Assembly: GCA_951406725.2 (NCBI GenBank)
Contig: OX597830.1
Location: 27,590,001 to 27,654,000, forward strand
Length of the DNA: 64,000 bases
Direction of reading: 5' to 3'
Origin: Octopus vulgaris
Taxonomy: Eukaryota
This document shows positions 1 to 13,589 of this stretch, in pieces. The position numbers and the translations under genes are program-made. The first letter of the stretch is position 1; every line of letters begins with the position of its first letter. The notes below the pieces were generated by a model. That model did not search any database. It saw only the letters and a program-made list of their open reading frames with translations, and had not been told where the DNA came from.

Positions 1-503
1 CCAGAGACTATTTGATCGACATGAGGGCGCGACCCTAGATTTTTCCAGTTAAAGAGTTCCCCAAAATGTCAGTAGTTATTTGATATTTAGAACTTTATAT
101 CTACAGTTGGCTTCAGTTCTCAGACAAACCTGAGTATTTGTACTCAACGAGTGAAGGACACACACGCGTATAAGCATATCCTGTGGTTTTAATATAATAT
201 AAAGATCTGTTATCTGTTGCCAGGTTTAAAACAGAGATTTACCTTCATGGTAAACGCTAGTCCTATTGGGCGTACGAGCAATCGAAAGTGCGCACATTGT
301 TGAGCATTGCAACGCACATTGTCGAAAGAGACGGTGATCCATTTGCTCTAAGGATATTTATGAAGAAAATATAACGTGTGCAACAGAGAATATAATAACA
401 GGATATATGCAAAATTTCATACGATAATGAATAGATAATCACGCATATTCACAAGTATATATGAGTGTATTTATGCATATATATGCATATAAATAATTGC
501 TTT

Positions 504-544
<41 letters not shown>

Positions 545-563
545 GGTGTGTAAGATATATATA

Positions 564-597
<34 letters not shown>

Positions 598-1570
598 CAG
601 GGTGCATAAGATATTTGTGAAAAAATTTGTTTTATAAAAATAAAACCGATATATAACAGATAATAACTTTATCGAAAAATGCTAAGAGGATAAAAATAAA
701 CCTTCTTTTCAATAATGTTATTCAATAAAGCCATCTTCAGCTTCAACAACTGCTTCTATATGAGATCTAAATCATCTACATGCTCGAATCAAGTGGTCGT
801 GCTTCATTTAGGACATTACTCTGAATATGGCAGCTTTCAAAGAATCTCTGGTGCTATGTGCGTGTTCATTCACCTCTTTCTCAACAACACTCCAAATGTA
901 ATAGTCCAATGGATTATGATCTGGGGAATTAGGAGGCCAAATGTTAGGAGTTATGTGATCATGAAAATTTTCAGCCATCCATTCCTGTGTTACTAGATCC
1001 ATGTGTGATAGTGCAGTCTTACTGAAACACATATGGCCTTCCACTGCAAACACTGTTTATCCAGGGCTTAACAATTATTTCTAGGACCTCAATATAGGCG
1101 GCAGAGTTAACTCTAAGGCCTTGTGGAAAGGCATCAAATATCTTTGATTGCTGACAACTCCTAAAACCATGACAGCTGCAGGTAATTTTGTATCCATAAG
1201 ACTTCAAATTTCAGAAGGGTTTGCACATAACCGTCTGTCATTTCTTCTGTTAACTTCTTGATCTTGGTCGAAATTTTTCTCGCTTGAGAACAACAAATCT
1301 TCTTCTGCTGGATTTTCCAGTTTGTTTAAGAACCTTTTTGATCTGATGTAGTGATTTTCTTTTGCTTTTTCTGAGAAATTCATCTTTCCTAATCATGTAA
1401 GACTTATATCTGATGTTTTCATGGACAACATTTCTGACTGTTCCTTCTGACACATGGAGAGCTTTTGCAATTGACCTCATGGACTTTCTAGGATTGTAAT
1501 CAATGGTCTGTTGAACTTGCTAGATAAATTCAGGTGTTCTGATTATTTCAGAGCGTTTAGAATGCCTTTC
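598..1570 (-). mobile_element. Decayed Tc1/mariner-superfamily transposon, DD37D (maT-like); transposase pseudogene plus one terminal repeat
   Basis: Frameshifted minus ORFs 1250-1480, 1019-1207 and 808-1053 give SIAKALHVSEGTVRNVVHE (HTH), then RPYVFQ, then WPPNSPDHNPLDYYIWS. After correcting a 1-nt deletion there are 37 residues between the 2nd and 3rd catalytic Asp. The end TA-CAGGGTG at 596-604 lies in a (TA)n tract. Confidence 0.9.
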
Positions 1571-2000
1571 ATGTCTGGCAACAGGACTATGCCTGATGCT
1601 ACATAAGCAGGAGAACCCAGTCATGGTTGTCAAACAATTTCTACGACCACATCACCCCTAACATCTGGCCATCTAACTCCCCAGACTGCAACTCCCTTGA
1701 TTATTACGTGTGGGGCGCAGTTGAGCGAGAGACCAACAAAACTCCTTGTAACATCAAAGGCAAGGATTATGGCAGCATTCATCAGCTTAAACAAAGAGAC
1801 AGTCCAGAAGAGCTGCAGCAGATTCCGAAGTCGTTTGGAGGTCGAGGTTGAAGCCAATGGTGATTTTATTGAATAAATTTACTCTTTCGTATTTCAAGAT
1901 ACTTTTATGTAATTTTGGCAAATATATCTGTGAAAATGTGATTTCAGTGTTATTTTTATTTTTGCGTAATTTAGACGACAGCTTTTCACTGGAGCCTGTG
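1571..2000 (+). mobile_element. 3' fragment of a second DD37D-type transposon, with its terminal repeat
   Basis: Starts at VWQQD (1573) and continues NFYDHITPNIWPSNSPDCNSLDYYVWGAVERE (ORF 1627-1851). Ends GAGCCTGTG followed by (TA)n at 2000. Confidence 0.85.
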
Positions 2001-2339
2001 TATATATATTGATATATTATTATTAATAATAATAATAACAATAATAATCATAATGATAATGATATTACTAATAATAATAATAGCAATAATAATAACAATA
2101 ATAATAATAATCTTGGAACCTAAAACTACATGACAGTTAAACCTCCCACGACACTCTTCATTCGCTATCCATAAGCGTGGATATAATACATACATAGACA
2201 CAAACAAACACACACACACATGTATATACATGCATCTATACCCATTTATAGGCAGTTTTATGTATGCAAACATACATGCGTACATACACTCATACATACA
2301 TAGAAAAATAATACATATATATATATATATATATAAAAC

Positions 2340-2370
<31 letters not shown>

Positions 2371-3364
2371 CATATATATATGGAGAAACACACATATATA
2401 CATTCACACACACACACACACACACACAAACATACGCACACACATATATATATATATCCATATTATACATGCATATACACACAGCTAACAGCTACAAAAA
2501 GCACACCTTTGTGTGTTTAAGATCTTGTGGACGTGTGTTGTAATATGTAACTATGTATATATACAGGAGTATGTATATGTCTACCATTGCATGTCACATA
2601 CATACATACACACATAAATGATACTATATATATGTATGTATATATAAGTATACACCTATTCTATATACATACATATATACAATATGTATGTATGTATATA
2701 TATATATATGCGTGTGTGTGTGTGTGTGTATATATATATACATATATATATATATAAGCATATGCATTCATGCATACGTATACGCAAACATACATTTATA
2801 TTCGTACGTACACGGATGTATGTAGATGTATTATATGCCTTTCAAATTGGTTTGTCACATTAGTATGGAGCCAGAAGTTTATATTTATATCGTCGTCGTT
2901 GATTCTGTTGGCTTGCTTGCATTACAGAGCGCTATGAGTAATTTCCGGTCGAAGACTGCACTGGCTCTGATGCAGAACAGCACATCAAGCCGAAGACACC
3001 GGAATAAAAAGTAGATTGGCACAAAACTGGACAGCGGTAAATGATTAGTTTGATAAATAGAGCTATGGAATCATTGTTTTGGTATTACTGAAGTGCTTAG
3101 CTTCGACTTTGGCCTCAGTCCAGCCCTTATATTACATACATACAAACACACACACACACAGGTACATACATAGACACACACACACACACATACAAACAGC
3201 CACCTTACAGACGCATACGCATTAAGAATGCATACTTAAAAAAAGGTGTTTGTACATTTATGTATTATATACATATATATGAATATATGTATATATATAT
3301 GTATATATATACATATATGTATACATATATATATGTTTATATATACATATATATATGTTTATAT

Positions 3365-3413
<49 letters not shown>

Positions 3414-3702
3414 CATATACGTATGTACACATATATATATATAAACATATACAAATGTATATATACATATATGCATACATGTGTATATACATACGTAGAG
3501 ATACATACATGTATAAATACACATACACATATATATATACACATATATGATATAGATCTGTGATGCTTAGGCGCACAGGCCAAAACGTAGCCGTATAAAT
3601 ACATTCTTTCACATGCTTTTATATATATGCATGCATGCATACATATTATACATAGATAAACACGCATCTATGTATGTAAGTATGTATGCATGTACGTACG
3701 TA

Positions 3703-3705
3703 TCC

Positions 3706-3781
<76 letters not shown>

Positions 3782-3893
3782 GTCTGTCTATCTGTCTATC
3801 CATCTATCTATCTATCTATCTATCTATCCATCCATCCATCCATCCATCCATCCATCCATCCATCCATCCATCCATCCATCCACCCATCCATCA

Positions 3894-3981
<88 letters not shown>

Positions 3982-4027
3982 GTCTGTCTGTCTGTCTGTC
4001 TATTTATCTATCTATCTATCTATCTAT
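3703..4027. repeat. Compound tetranucleotide microsatellite (CTAT/CCAT/CTGT)n, representative of the many SSRs in the window
   Basis: Directly visible. It produces the spurious IYLS/IHPS ORFs. Confidence 0.97.
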
Positions 4028-4157
4028 ATTTATGTATGTGTGTGATTCCTGTGTGTTATGAAAAATCTATATTTTTTTTGTATTACTCTCTGCATTCATA
4101 TGTACATGTATGCATACATGCATACAACTATATAGGGATACATACATGCACATACAC

Positions 4158-4222
<65 letters not shown>

Positions 4223-4678
4223 CAGCCATGTTAAAACATAAATTCTTGTGAAAATCTCTATCAAATCACGCAGCTACGTCGCCAGACAAACAATTGAATA
4301 AACAGTTAAACATAGCACCACGCCAGCCTAAGAACTAACACACATTAACATACGAAGAAATACACGCATACACACACACGTACACACAAACACACACACA
4401 TACCTTTCAATCATATATATATACAGAGATAGGTTGATAGATAGATAATGATATAGCTAGAGATATGTATATATATTTGCAATAGGTACAGATAGAACCA
4501 TATATAAACGTTGCTGGCCCCCAAACAGAAACCCATAGATCTAGTAAGAATCAGAAACACAAATACGGTTACATCCATAAGAAAATAATTATTAATATAA
4601 GATCAAGAATTAATGTACACGAGTTTGTACGTAAGCATGGATGTATGCATCTATATAACCTGTATGTATGTGTATGTG

Positions 4679-4736
<58 letters not shown>

Positions 4737-4742
4737 TATATT

Positions 4743-4789
<47 letters not shown>

Positions 4790-4934
4790 GTGTGTATATA
4801 TATATGCACATATATATGCATGTATATATTTTGTCAGATTTATTGCCCAGATCGAAGAAAAAATATCATCCCTACACGCATGCCAGCACCAGGATACACA
4901 GATGCATATATTCACATGTACATATATTTGCATA

Positions 4935-4970
<36 letters not shown>

Positions 4971-5109
4971 CATATAAACATATACGCACGTACACACATA
5001 CCTGCAGGAAATGCCGAAAATGATTTATATACGCAACTGAGTATATTGGTATATACACACATACATTCATTCGCGAGTGTATGTGCCTTTGCGTGTGTGT
5101 ATGTATATA

Positions 5110-5159
<50 letters not shown>

Positions 5160-5838
5160 CACATGTATATGTATGTATGTATGCATTTGTGTGTGTACAT
5201 CTGTGTGTGTATTTATTGAAGGAATTTTATGAAAGTGTAAATATGTGTACGCGATTACGCACACGCAAGAACACAAAATCACACACATATGCGTATGCCT
5301 TGGAATGCGTACGTGCGTCTTTCTATTTGAACATGCGCAAGGGCCTCTGTACGCGTTAATATGTACGTGTGTGTTTTACGTGTCAGTGTGCCTGTGCGTG
5401 TGCGTACGTATCTATGTGTGACTGTGTGTGTGTGAGTGTGTTTGTGTGTGTGCAGGTGTGTGTGTGTGTGTGTACCGAAGCATATGAAATTATGCTAGTA
5501 TTTGACCATAAACTTAGATGATCACGGTCTATAAACATGTCCAGAAACAATAATACATAGTCAAATAGATTAGTCCTTAGCTGGACACACACGCACTCGC
5601 ACACTCACACACACACACACACACATACATACACACACATACTCACATAGACACTCACGAGCACATACGATCATGTGTATAATCACATACAAACAAACCC
5701 TTCTGCAGTAATGGTTATGCATACATTTTTGTGTATGTATATGAATATGTTTAACTTCCGTGGAGTGTTCATGTTTGCGCGCGCGTGGGCGCATTAATGG
5801 CGGTTGGTTGGCTGGTTGGCGTGTGCGTGTGTGTGTAT

Positions 5839-5870
<32 letters not shown>

Positions 5871-6136
5871 TTATGTTGGTGGTCTATTGCTATCAGAGCT
5901 CTCGTGCATATCTAATCACAAATACACTGAAAAATACGATCTTGTATACCACTTACAGTCATAAACACAAATCAACATACACGTTGCTCAAACTACATCG
6001 CAGTTATTAATATCTACTTCGATGTATAGATCTCCCACACCTAAAATATCGTAAATACATACACACACACAGACACACACACACACAGACACACACACAC
6101 ACACACACACGTACACACATACAAACACACACATAT

Positions 6137-6320
6137 ATTCTTTATTCTTTTATTGTAGTCACTTGACTGCGGCCCCAGGACTTATTCTTTGTAAGCATAG
6201 TACTTACTATATCGGTCACTTTTGCCAAACCGCTAGGTTACGGGGACGTAAACACACCGCCATCTTTTGTTAAGCGATGGTGAGGGAACAAAGACAGACA
6301 TTCAAACACACGGACATACA

Positions 6321-6400
<80 letters not shown>

Positions 6401-6560
6401 CGGGTTTCTTTCAGTTGCCGTCTACCAAATCCACCCACAAGGCTTTAGTCGGCCCGTGGCTATATTAGAAGACACTTGTCTAAGGTGTCACGCAGTGGGA
6501 CTGAACTTGGGACTATGTGGTTGAGAAGCAAGCATCTTATCACGCAGAGTGCATGCGCCT
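6137..6560 (-). mobile_element. SINE family A (tRNA-derived, CORE-like), with internal (CA)n
   Basis: Reverse complement gives a tRNA-like head, a CORE-like CACCTT(A/G)G(A/G)CAAGTGTCTT block, and the tail shared with the copies at 9716, 18050 and 20123. Confidence 0.85.
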
Positions 6561-6605
6561 TTTATATGTATATATACATATACATACACACACACACATA
6601 CATAT

Positions 6606-7242
6606 ACGATGAAAACGAAATTATTTCTCCTCGGTGGAATTTGAACGTAGAGCCGGCACAAATGTCCAACGTATTGTATACGATACTATAACAAGAGGAG
6701 AAAATTCTATTTCACCCCACATATGGGGGGAGGAAATTGACAAGAGCTTGGGTGTGTGGGTTGCCGCCCGGAATATAGCCCGAATGGATAGAAGACACTA
6801 TCCGTCGTTGTCTGGGTGGCAAGAGAGCCAAGCTCTTGAATGTCAAAATTCTGCCTGCGGCTGATTGGGTGGGGTCGAAAGCAGTTTTGACCCTGTGGAC
6901 CCAATCAGCCGATAATCTGGTTTTTCCAGATTTTTTTAGGATGACCGGGTGCAGGTATTCGGTGATTCTTGAGGGTTGCGCCCCTAGTTGTCATCAGTGC
7001 CTGGATCCTGACCATATAAAGAAAAACTGTCCTCAGGAACAAAGCAAAGTCCTGGAGCAGTTGATGGAGACTTCTGTAGCAGAAGGAACGAAGGCGGCCG
7101 AGGAGACGGAGGACTCCTCGAAGAAGGGCCGCAAGGTGAGCAATAATGGGTGCTCACCGATGGATCCTAGGGATGAGGGAGGGGAGGCGAATCTCCCGGT
7201 CACGGATGAGACGCACCCTCCCCCAGATGAGAAGAAAAAAAA
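6606..7242 (+). mobile_element. LINE (Tx1/L1-like) ORF1 fragment with a gag-like zinc knuckle
   Basis: GC-richer island. ORF 6836-7264 contains CHQCLDPDHIKKNC (CX2CX4HX4C) followed by an acidic/basic low-complexity tail. Confidence 0.7.
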
Positions 7243-7429
7243 TATATTATATATATTGAAATAAACACACGTAAGTGCATATATGACATCCTGTTTTATT
7301 TCCCTATAGGTATGTTTTCCTGAAACTAAGTGAAACCATGGGAAGCCAACTTCCTAACTAATCAGCTATCCCTGCGCATATTCATATATTTAATATTTTC
7401 ATAAATAAATAGATATTAATAATGGTTGC

Positions 7430-7620
7430 AAAGCTAAGGATAGCAATATTACGGGATTAGATTACATCGACCAAAGTGTTCAATTGGTACTTATTTTATC
7501 GATGCTGGAATTATGAAAGCAATGTCGACCTGGGTGGCATTTGAACTCGTAGCGTAAATACGGTCGAAATGCCGATACACATTTTGTCCGGCGTGCTAAT
7601 GATTCAGCCAGCTCCTGCCT
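7430..7620 (-). mobile_element. SINE family B copy (diverged)
   Basis: Homologous to 7750-7936 and 8062-8272 (GGTACTTATTTTATCG...ATTTGAACTC...GGCGTGCTAATGATTCAGCCAGCTC). Confidence 0.8.
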
Positions 7621-7749
7621 TAAATAAGCTGTTTATAATGTTGCTATTTGATCAGTGTTTTTTTTAAAATCTAAAGTCAACAGCGTGTGAACCGGTGCAT
7701 GAGGAATGGTGTACTTTCTCCTCCATGACAACCGCTAATGCTACATCAC

Positions 7750-7936
7750 CAAATTTGAGGGTAGGGGGATAGTCCATTATATCGACCCCAGTACGCAACT
7801 GGTACTTAATTTATCGACCCCGAAAGGATGAAAGGCAAAGTAGACCTCGGTGGAATTTGAATTCAGAACGTAAAGACGGGTGAAATACCGCTAACCATTT
7901 CGCCCGACGTGCTAATGATTCAGCCAACTTGCCGCC
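7750..7936 (-). mobile_element. SINE family B copy
   Basis: ATCGACCCCGAAAGGATGAAAGGCAAAGT...GGAATTTGA motif, with a B-box-like sequence on the minus strand. Confidence 0.85.
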
Positions 7937-7996
7937 TCAGTAATAATAATGATGATGATGATGATGATGGTGATAATGATAATGATAATAATAATG

Positions 7997-8051
<55 letters not shown>

Positions 8052-8061
8052 TAATAATAAT

Positions 8062-8272
8062 CCTTTCCGCTAAAGGCACAAGGCCTAAAATTTGAGGGCA
8101 GTGGGTGGTCGATTATATTGACTCCAGTACTCAACTGGTACGTAATATATCGACCCCCGAAAGGATGAAAGGCAAAGTCAACCTCGGCGGAATTTGAACT
8201 CAGAACGCAAAGACGGACAAAATACTGCTAAGCATTTCGCCCGACGTGCTAACGATTCTGCCAGCTCGTCGC
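8062..8272 (-). mobile_element. SINE family B copy with (ATT)n tail
   Basis: Full head-to-tail match to the other B copies. Tail ...GGCCTTGTGCCTTTAGCGGAAAGG(ATT)n on the minus strand. Confidence 0.88.
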
Positions 8273-9654
8273 TTTGAGCCCCAGCAATAATCAAATTGAT
8301 TTAGCCAACAAAGTAGCCATTACATAAAGCACGAGTAGCGTTTTTGGAGAAGCGGGTCACATGAGACACGGATCATCATTTGGCGAGCTGCACTACTAAA
8401 AGAAATTCAAGGTAGTGTTCCTTGAGGTGTGCCATTAAGAGAATCCCGTGGGCCGCAGGTTGCCCATGATTGATGTGCATGGTCTCTCGATTTGGTAGAA
8501 ATAACAGACTCCATCTTAACACTGAAGATAAAACGATCGAAGGCAGCCAGCAAAATACGTAATAGCTATGACTGAAACACCTTTCATCATAAATGAACTC
8601 GATGAATGTTGACAAGAGAGTAAATACCATTATCACCGCCGCCGCCACTACCGCCACCACAACAAGCACAAGCAGCAGCAGCAGCAGCAGCAGAGACATC
8701 GACATCACCACCACCACTACAAACACTACCACCGCATTCTTCCTGTCACCACTGTCACCACTACCTTCATCACCACCACCATCATTGGAGCCTCAAGACT
8801 TGCCGCCTCGCTACCATCGCCGCCCCCACCATTGATGCCGCCAGCTACACGACGACGATGACGACGAACCACCTTACCCCCCACGCCCAACACCACCACC
8901 ACCACTACCACTCCCACCAGTCCTACCACCACCACTCCCACCAGTCCTACCACCACCACGCTCACCATTCTTGCCACCACCACTCCCACAACCACTCTCA
9001 CCACCACCACCACCACCACCTAAAACAACCACCGCCACCACCATCAGCAGTGTCAGCAGTACAAGCAACCAGTGCTTGTATGTATTTCAGTAGCACCGAT
9101 TTTGTAATGAAAGTTCCATTTGGAGGTTGGAAATCATCTGTTTTCGCCTTAAACCTTTAGAATTATCTGTACTGTATGAACGTCACACATTCTCATTTTC
9201 CTTCCGTTCACTAAAATATAGGTGTTAATTGTTGATGTGATTAGCAAAAAAAAAAAAGAAAAAAGAAAAAAAAGAAAGAAAAAACAACGAACAAAAGAAA
9301 CTAAAATACATCAATTTTCTTAAAAGGCGAAATCAAAACACTCACCAACATTCACAAACGTTCGTATATAGGCCGGGCCGATATGCATGTATAGAGTCAC
9401 TATATGCCATTATGTTATACACATGAACACACTTATACACATGCGCGTATAAACATGTGTACTGTACACGTGAAAGGAAGCAGCTGCCAAAACTTAATGG
9501 CTTATTGGTAAATCGTATTTCCGTTGGACATATCATATAACTGCTTCAAGTTTCTACTATTTGTCTGTTCTGCGAGCTAGTCTATTTACCATTCGTTGCT
9601 GCTGGCGGTGACTTGAATCTACTAACTAACTAACTAACTATGTATATATATATA

Positions 9655-9715
<61 letters not shown>

Positions 9716-10123
9716 TCTCTCTTTTACTCTTTTACTTGTTTCAGTCATTTCAATGTGGCCATGCTGGAGCACCACATTTCGTCGAGTAAATCGACCCCGG
9801 GACTTATTCTTTGTAAGCCTAGTACTTATTCTATCGGGCTCTTTTGTTACAGGGACGTAGGCACACCAGCATCGGTTGTCAAGTTATATTGGGGGGGGGG
9901 GGGCAAACACAGACACACAAACTTATACACACTCATGTATATATGTATATACATATATAGGACGGGCTTCTTTCAGTTTCCGTCTATCAAATCCACTCAC
10001 AAGGCGTTGGTCGGCCCGAGGCTACAGTAGAACACACTTGCCCAAGGTGCAACGCAGTGGGACTGAACCTGGAACCATGTGGTTCGTAAGCAAGCTACTT
10101 ACCACACAGCCACTCCTCCGCCT
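9716..10123 (-). mobile_element. SINE family A, near full length
   Basis: Minus strand reads AGGCGGAGGAGTGGCTGTGTGGTAAG (A-box-like), GGTTCAGTCCC (B-box-like), CACCTTGGGCAAGTGT (CORE-like). Confidence 0.9.
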
Positions 10124-10150
10124 ATATCTATCTATCTATCTATCCGCCTA

Positions 10151-10294
<144 letters not shown>

Positions 10295-10387
10295 TGTATG
10301 TATGTATGTATGTATGGATATATGTTCTACAAACGACGAAGTAATCTTTCGAACGCAGTGTAGCCATTAAAAGAGCCCAAAGACTGT

Positions 10388-10522
10388 CTTGCTTCCCAAC
10401 CACATGATTCCGGGTTCAGTCCAACTGCGTGGCACCTTGGGTCAGTGTCTTCTACTATAGACTCAGTCCGATCAACGCCTTGTGAGTGGATTTGGTTGAC
10501 GGAAACTGAAAGATGCCCATCG
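10388..10522 (+). mobile_element. SINE family A, 5' half
   Basis: CCACATGATTCCGGGTTCAGTCC...GCACCTTGGG...GTGAGTGGATTTGG...GGAAACTGAAAG. Confidence 0.85.
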
Positions 10523-11071
10523 TATATATATATATATATATATATATAAATATAAGTATATATGTATCCATCTATATATATATATATGAAAGAAAGTTTG
10601 AAAATGCAATTTTAAAAGATGTTTATTTACTTTATCGGTTTCACTTTTTTTAGAAAAAGATTGTCAAAAGTAACATGTAAAAGCTTGGTTGTGCCTGGTA
10701 CTGGTTGTCACAAAATATTACAATTTACATATACATTCCTTGATAATAAGGACATGTTAAGAACAGCTTACAAGGGAAAATCTTGGGAAAATGTAAAATA
10801 GTTTAACAAGTTCATTAAAATACTGGGCACAAAAGATTACAACATATATATACACTCTCACGAAAATGTTAAAGGCAGTTTCCAGAAGGAATTATTAAAA
10901 AGTTCAGTGGAATATTGGTATTGTATATGTATATATATATACACACAGAGAATATTATAAGTTCAAAAAAGTTTACATTTTAGTAGTGGTAGCTTAAACT
11001 GACCTGGTTCACCATGTTATCGTAAAAAACAATTTTTTATTTCAAACACACCTACACTGTCCCACTGTAAG

Positions 11072-11161
11072 GAAGCTTTCATCTTTCTTTCTTTCATCTT
11101 GCTTCCTTTCTCTGTGTAAGGCCTTATGGCTAATATAATGAAATAAAGAAGCTTTCATCTT
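11072..11161 (+). mobile_element. 62-bp 5'-truncated retro-insertion with 14-bp target-site duplication
   Basis: GAAGCTTTCATCTT at 11072-11085 and 11148-11161 flanks an insert ending CCTTATGGCTAATATAATGAAATAAA. Confidence 0.6.
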
Positions 11162-11422
11162 GTTGGTAAAAAAAGTCATCATCAGCAGATATGATGTCAC
11201 CATCATTCGTACGGTGTCAAACGCTCTAACAGGTAAGTTAATTCACCAACTTGAGTTGGTACTTCTATTTTCATCAACTTCCAATGCATGAAAGCGAAAT
11301 CGACTTTAGCGGGATTTCAACTTAGAGTACAGAGAATCGGATCAATTACCACAAGGCATTGTATCCAACGTTTTAACGATGAAAGTGCGTGTCCATTTCC
11401 TATATGATTTATGTCACAGTTC

Positions 11423-11680
11423 ATTATTTACATTATTTACATTATTTACGTTCGACAGATATTTGTCCTCTTCTTGTTTGTTGTTAACAAAACGTTTCGG
11501 CTGATATACCCTCCAGCCTTCTTCAGGTATCCTGGGAAAATTTCGAACCCTGAAGAAGGCTGGAGGGTATATCAGCCGAAACGTTGTGCTAACAACAAAC
11601 AAGATGAGGACAAATATCCGTCGAATGTAAATAATGTAAATAAAGTGCATAATTCCTCATCTCTTAAATATAGAACTGTA
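11423..11680. mobile_element. Penelope-like inverted terminal (pLTR) palindrome with hammerhead-like core
   Basis: Arms of ~94 bp (about 11434-11527 and 11549-11642) with a 21-nt spacer. CTGAAGA-aGGCTG..CAGCC-GAAAC is present on both strands. Confidence 0.75.
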
Positions 11681-11754
11681 ATATGTTACAGTAGTTGATA
11701 CAACATGGTAGAAAAACCAGTGTTTACAGCGACTGTAAGTCACTAAGACAATAG

Positions 11755-11844
<90 letters not shown>

Positions 11845-13589
11845 CGGTAGATAGATAGAGAGACAAAGAGAGGAAGGTTAGGAAGAGAAAGAGGGGAAAT
11901 GATGAGAGAAGGAGAAGAGAGAGAAGGAGGAAGAGAGAGGAAAAGACAAGGAAAGTGAGTGAGTAAAGACCGGGAGAGAGGAGAAGGGAAAGGGAGAAAT
12001 AGGAGAAGAGAGGGGAAGAGAGAAGAGCAGAGGAGTAGAAGGATAAAAGGATAAAAGAAGAGAGTGGAATAGGAGAGTGAAGAGTGGGGGATGAGAAAGT
12101 GGGAGAGAGAGAACAAGGAGAGATGCTGGTGGGAAAGAGAGATGGAAAGGAAGTAATAAAGGGGAGAGAGAGAAAGAGAAGATAGTGAGAGGCATAGTCG
12201 TATAGTCTCTCTTAGCTCTTCTCTACTATTTATGCTATCAGAGCCGTTCATTTCCCACAATAACTTACTATACTTGTAACATCTAAGAGATAAAATCAGA
12301 TCAGACAAGCAGAAAATAGATGAATAAATAATTAAAAAAATAATAACTGAAGTAATAATTAATATATTGTTTGCGATTGAGTCTCAGAATTGGCACCAAC
12401 AGAACTCTTGAACCTTTATTTATTATGTATTATGCTAATCGAAATTGTATATCTATATGTAAGAGCAATCGCTTTGGTCTTTATTGTCGCTTCGTCCGAG
12501 AGATTTGAAATAACCATAAAGAAAGCGTGTTACAATGCATCGCCAACACCTACATCAACACCAGCATCAATGACAGTTGAAGTAGTAGCATCAGCAGTAG
12601 TGCCACCGCCATCACCATCACCACCACCGCTAGCCGCCACCGCCGCCGCCGCCGCCACGACCAGAGGCGCAATCGGTCAATCGCTATCACTAGAGTCAGC
12701 GTCAACAGTCACGCCAGGTCCAACCCCGCACATAACTAGAACCAGCGTTACGACCAATACCAATGTCAGCGCCATTACCGTTTATCATCAACACCATGAC
12801 TGTTGCCGCCGTCACGCCAAACACTATCGCCATTTTAATTACCGCAAGCCTCCTCTCCTACTTCACCGCTACACTCAACGGCCACCGCCCAACTACTCGT
12901 CAACGATAACTGCTACATATATCATAGATACCGCCGCCGCCAAATCTGCCACCACAACCACCACCACCACTACCACCTCTGCAATCACTTATTTTATTAC
13001 ATTCATTAGTACCACTATCACCAATACCACAAACCACCACCACCACCACCACCACCACCACCACCACCACCACCACCACCACCACCACTGCCATCGCCGA
13101 CGCTGCCACACCGCTGTCACACCGCTTCCACACCATTGCTGCCGCCGCCTCTGCCACCACCACATCGATCGCCATTATGACCGCCAGCGGCGCGGTGGCG
13201 ATCATTGCTTGTACCACCACCAACACCACTACCACCCCACCACCACCACCAACAATAATAATAATTACAACGATAATAGCAACAGCAACACAACTTACCA
13301 ATACCAACCTCACTTTAAACCACCCACCCTCCCCACAGCTGCAAACCACCACCTCCACCATTAGCTTCAACGCCACCGCCATCAGCCATCGTCACCACCA
13401 CAACCTTCACTGCAACTTTTACTACCAACGCAATTTTTACCACCACCGCTAACCTCATGCCATTTCCATCAACAAGAACAAGATCAACAACAACGGCAAC
13501 ACCAGAACCAGTACTGGTACCAATTCCACTGCTTTCACCCCCCCCACTTCTTCCACGACACTTATCGCTAACATCCCCCACCAAATTCC

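Noticed and set aside
7292-7316. Recursive-splice-like TTCCCTATAG|GTATGT on the plus strand
   Set aside because: A single motif with no evidence of a plus-strand host intron.
9716-10123. tRNA genes at SINE heads
   Set aside because: Only A/B-box-like remnants fused to SINE bodies, with no full cloverleaf.
12390-13364. 324-aa His/Thr/Pro-rich ORF
   Set aside because: Non-ATG start, built from (CAC)n/(GCC)n repeats that are open by composition, and no recognisable domain.
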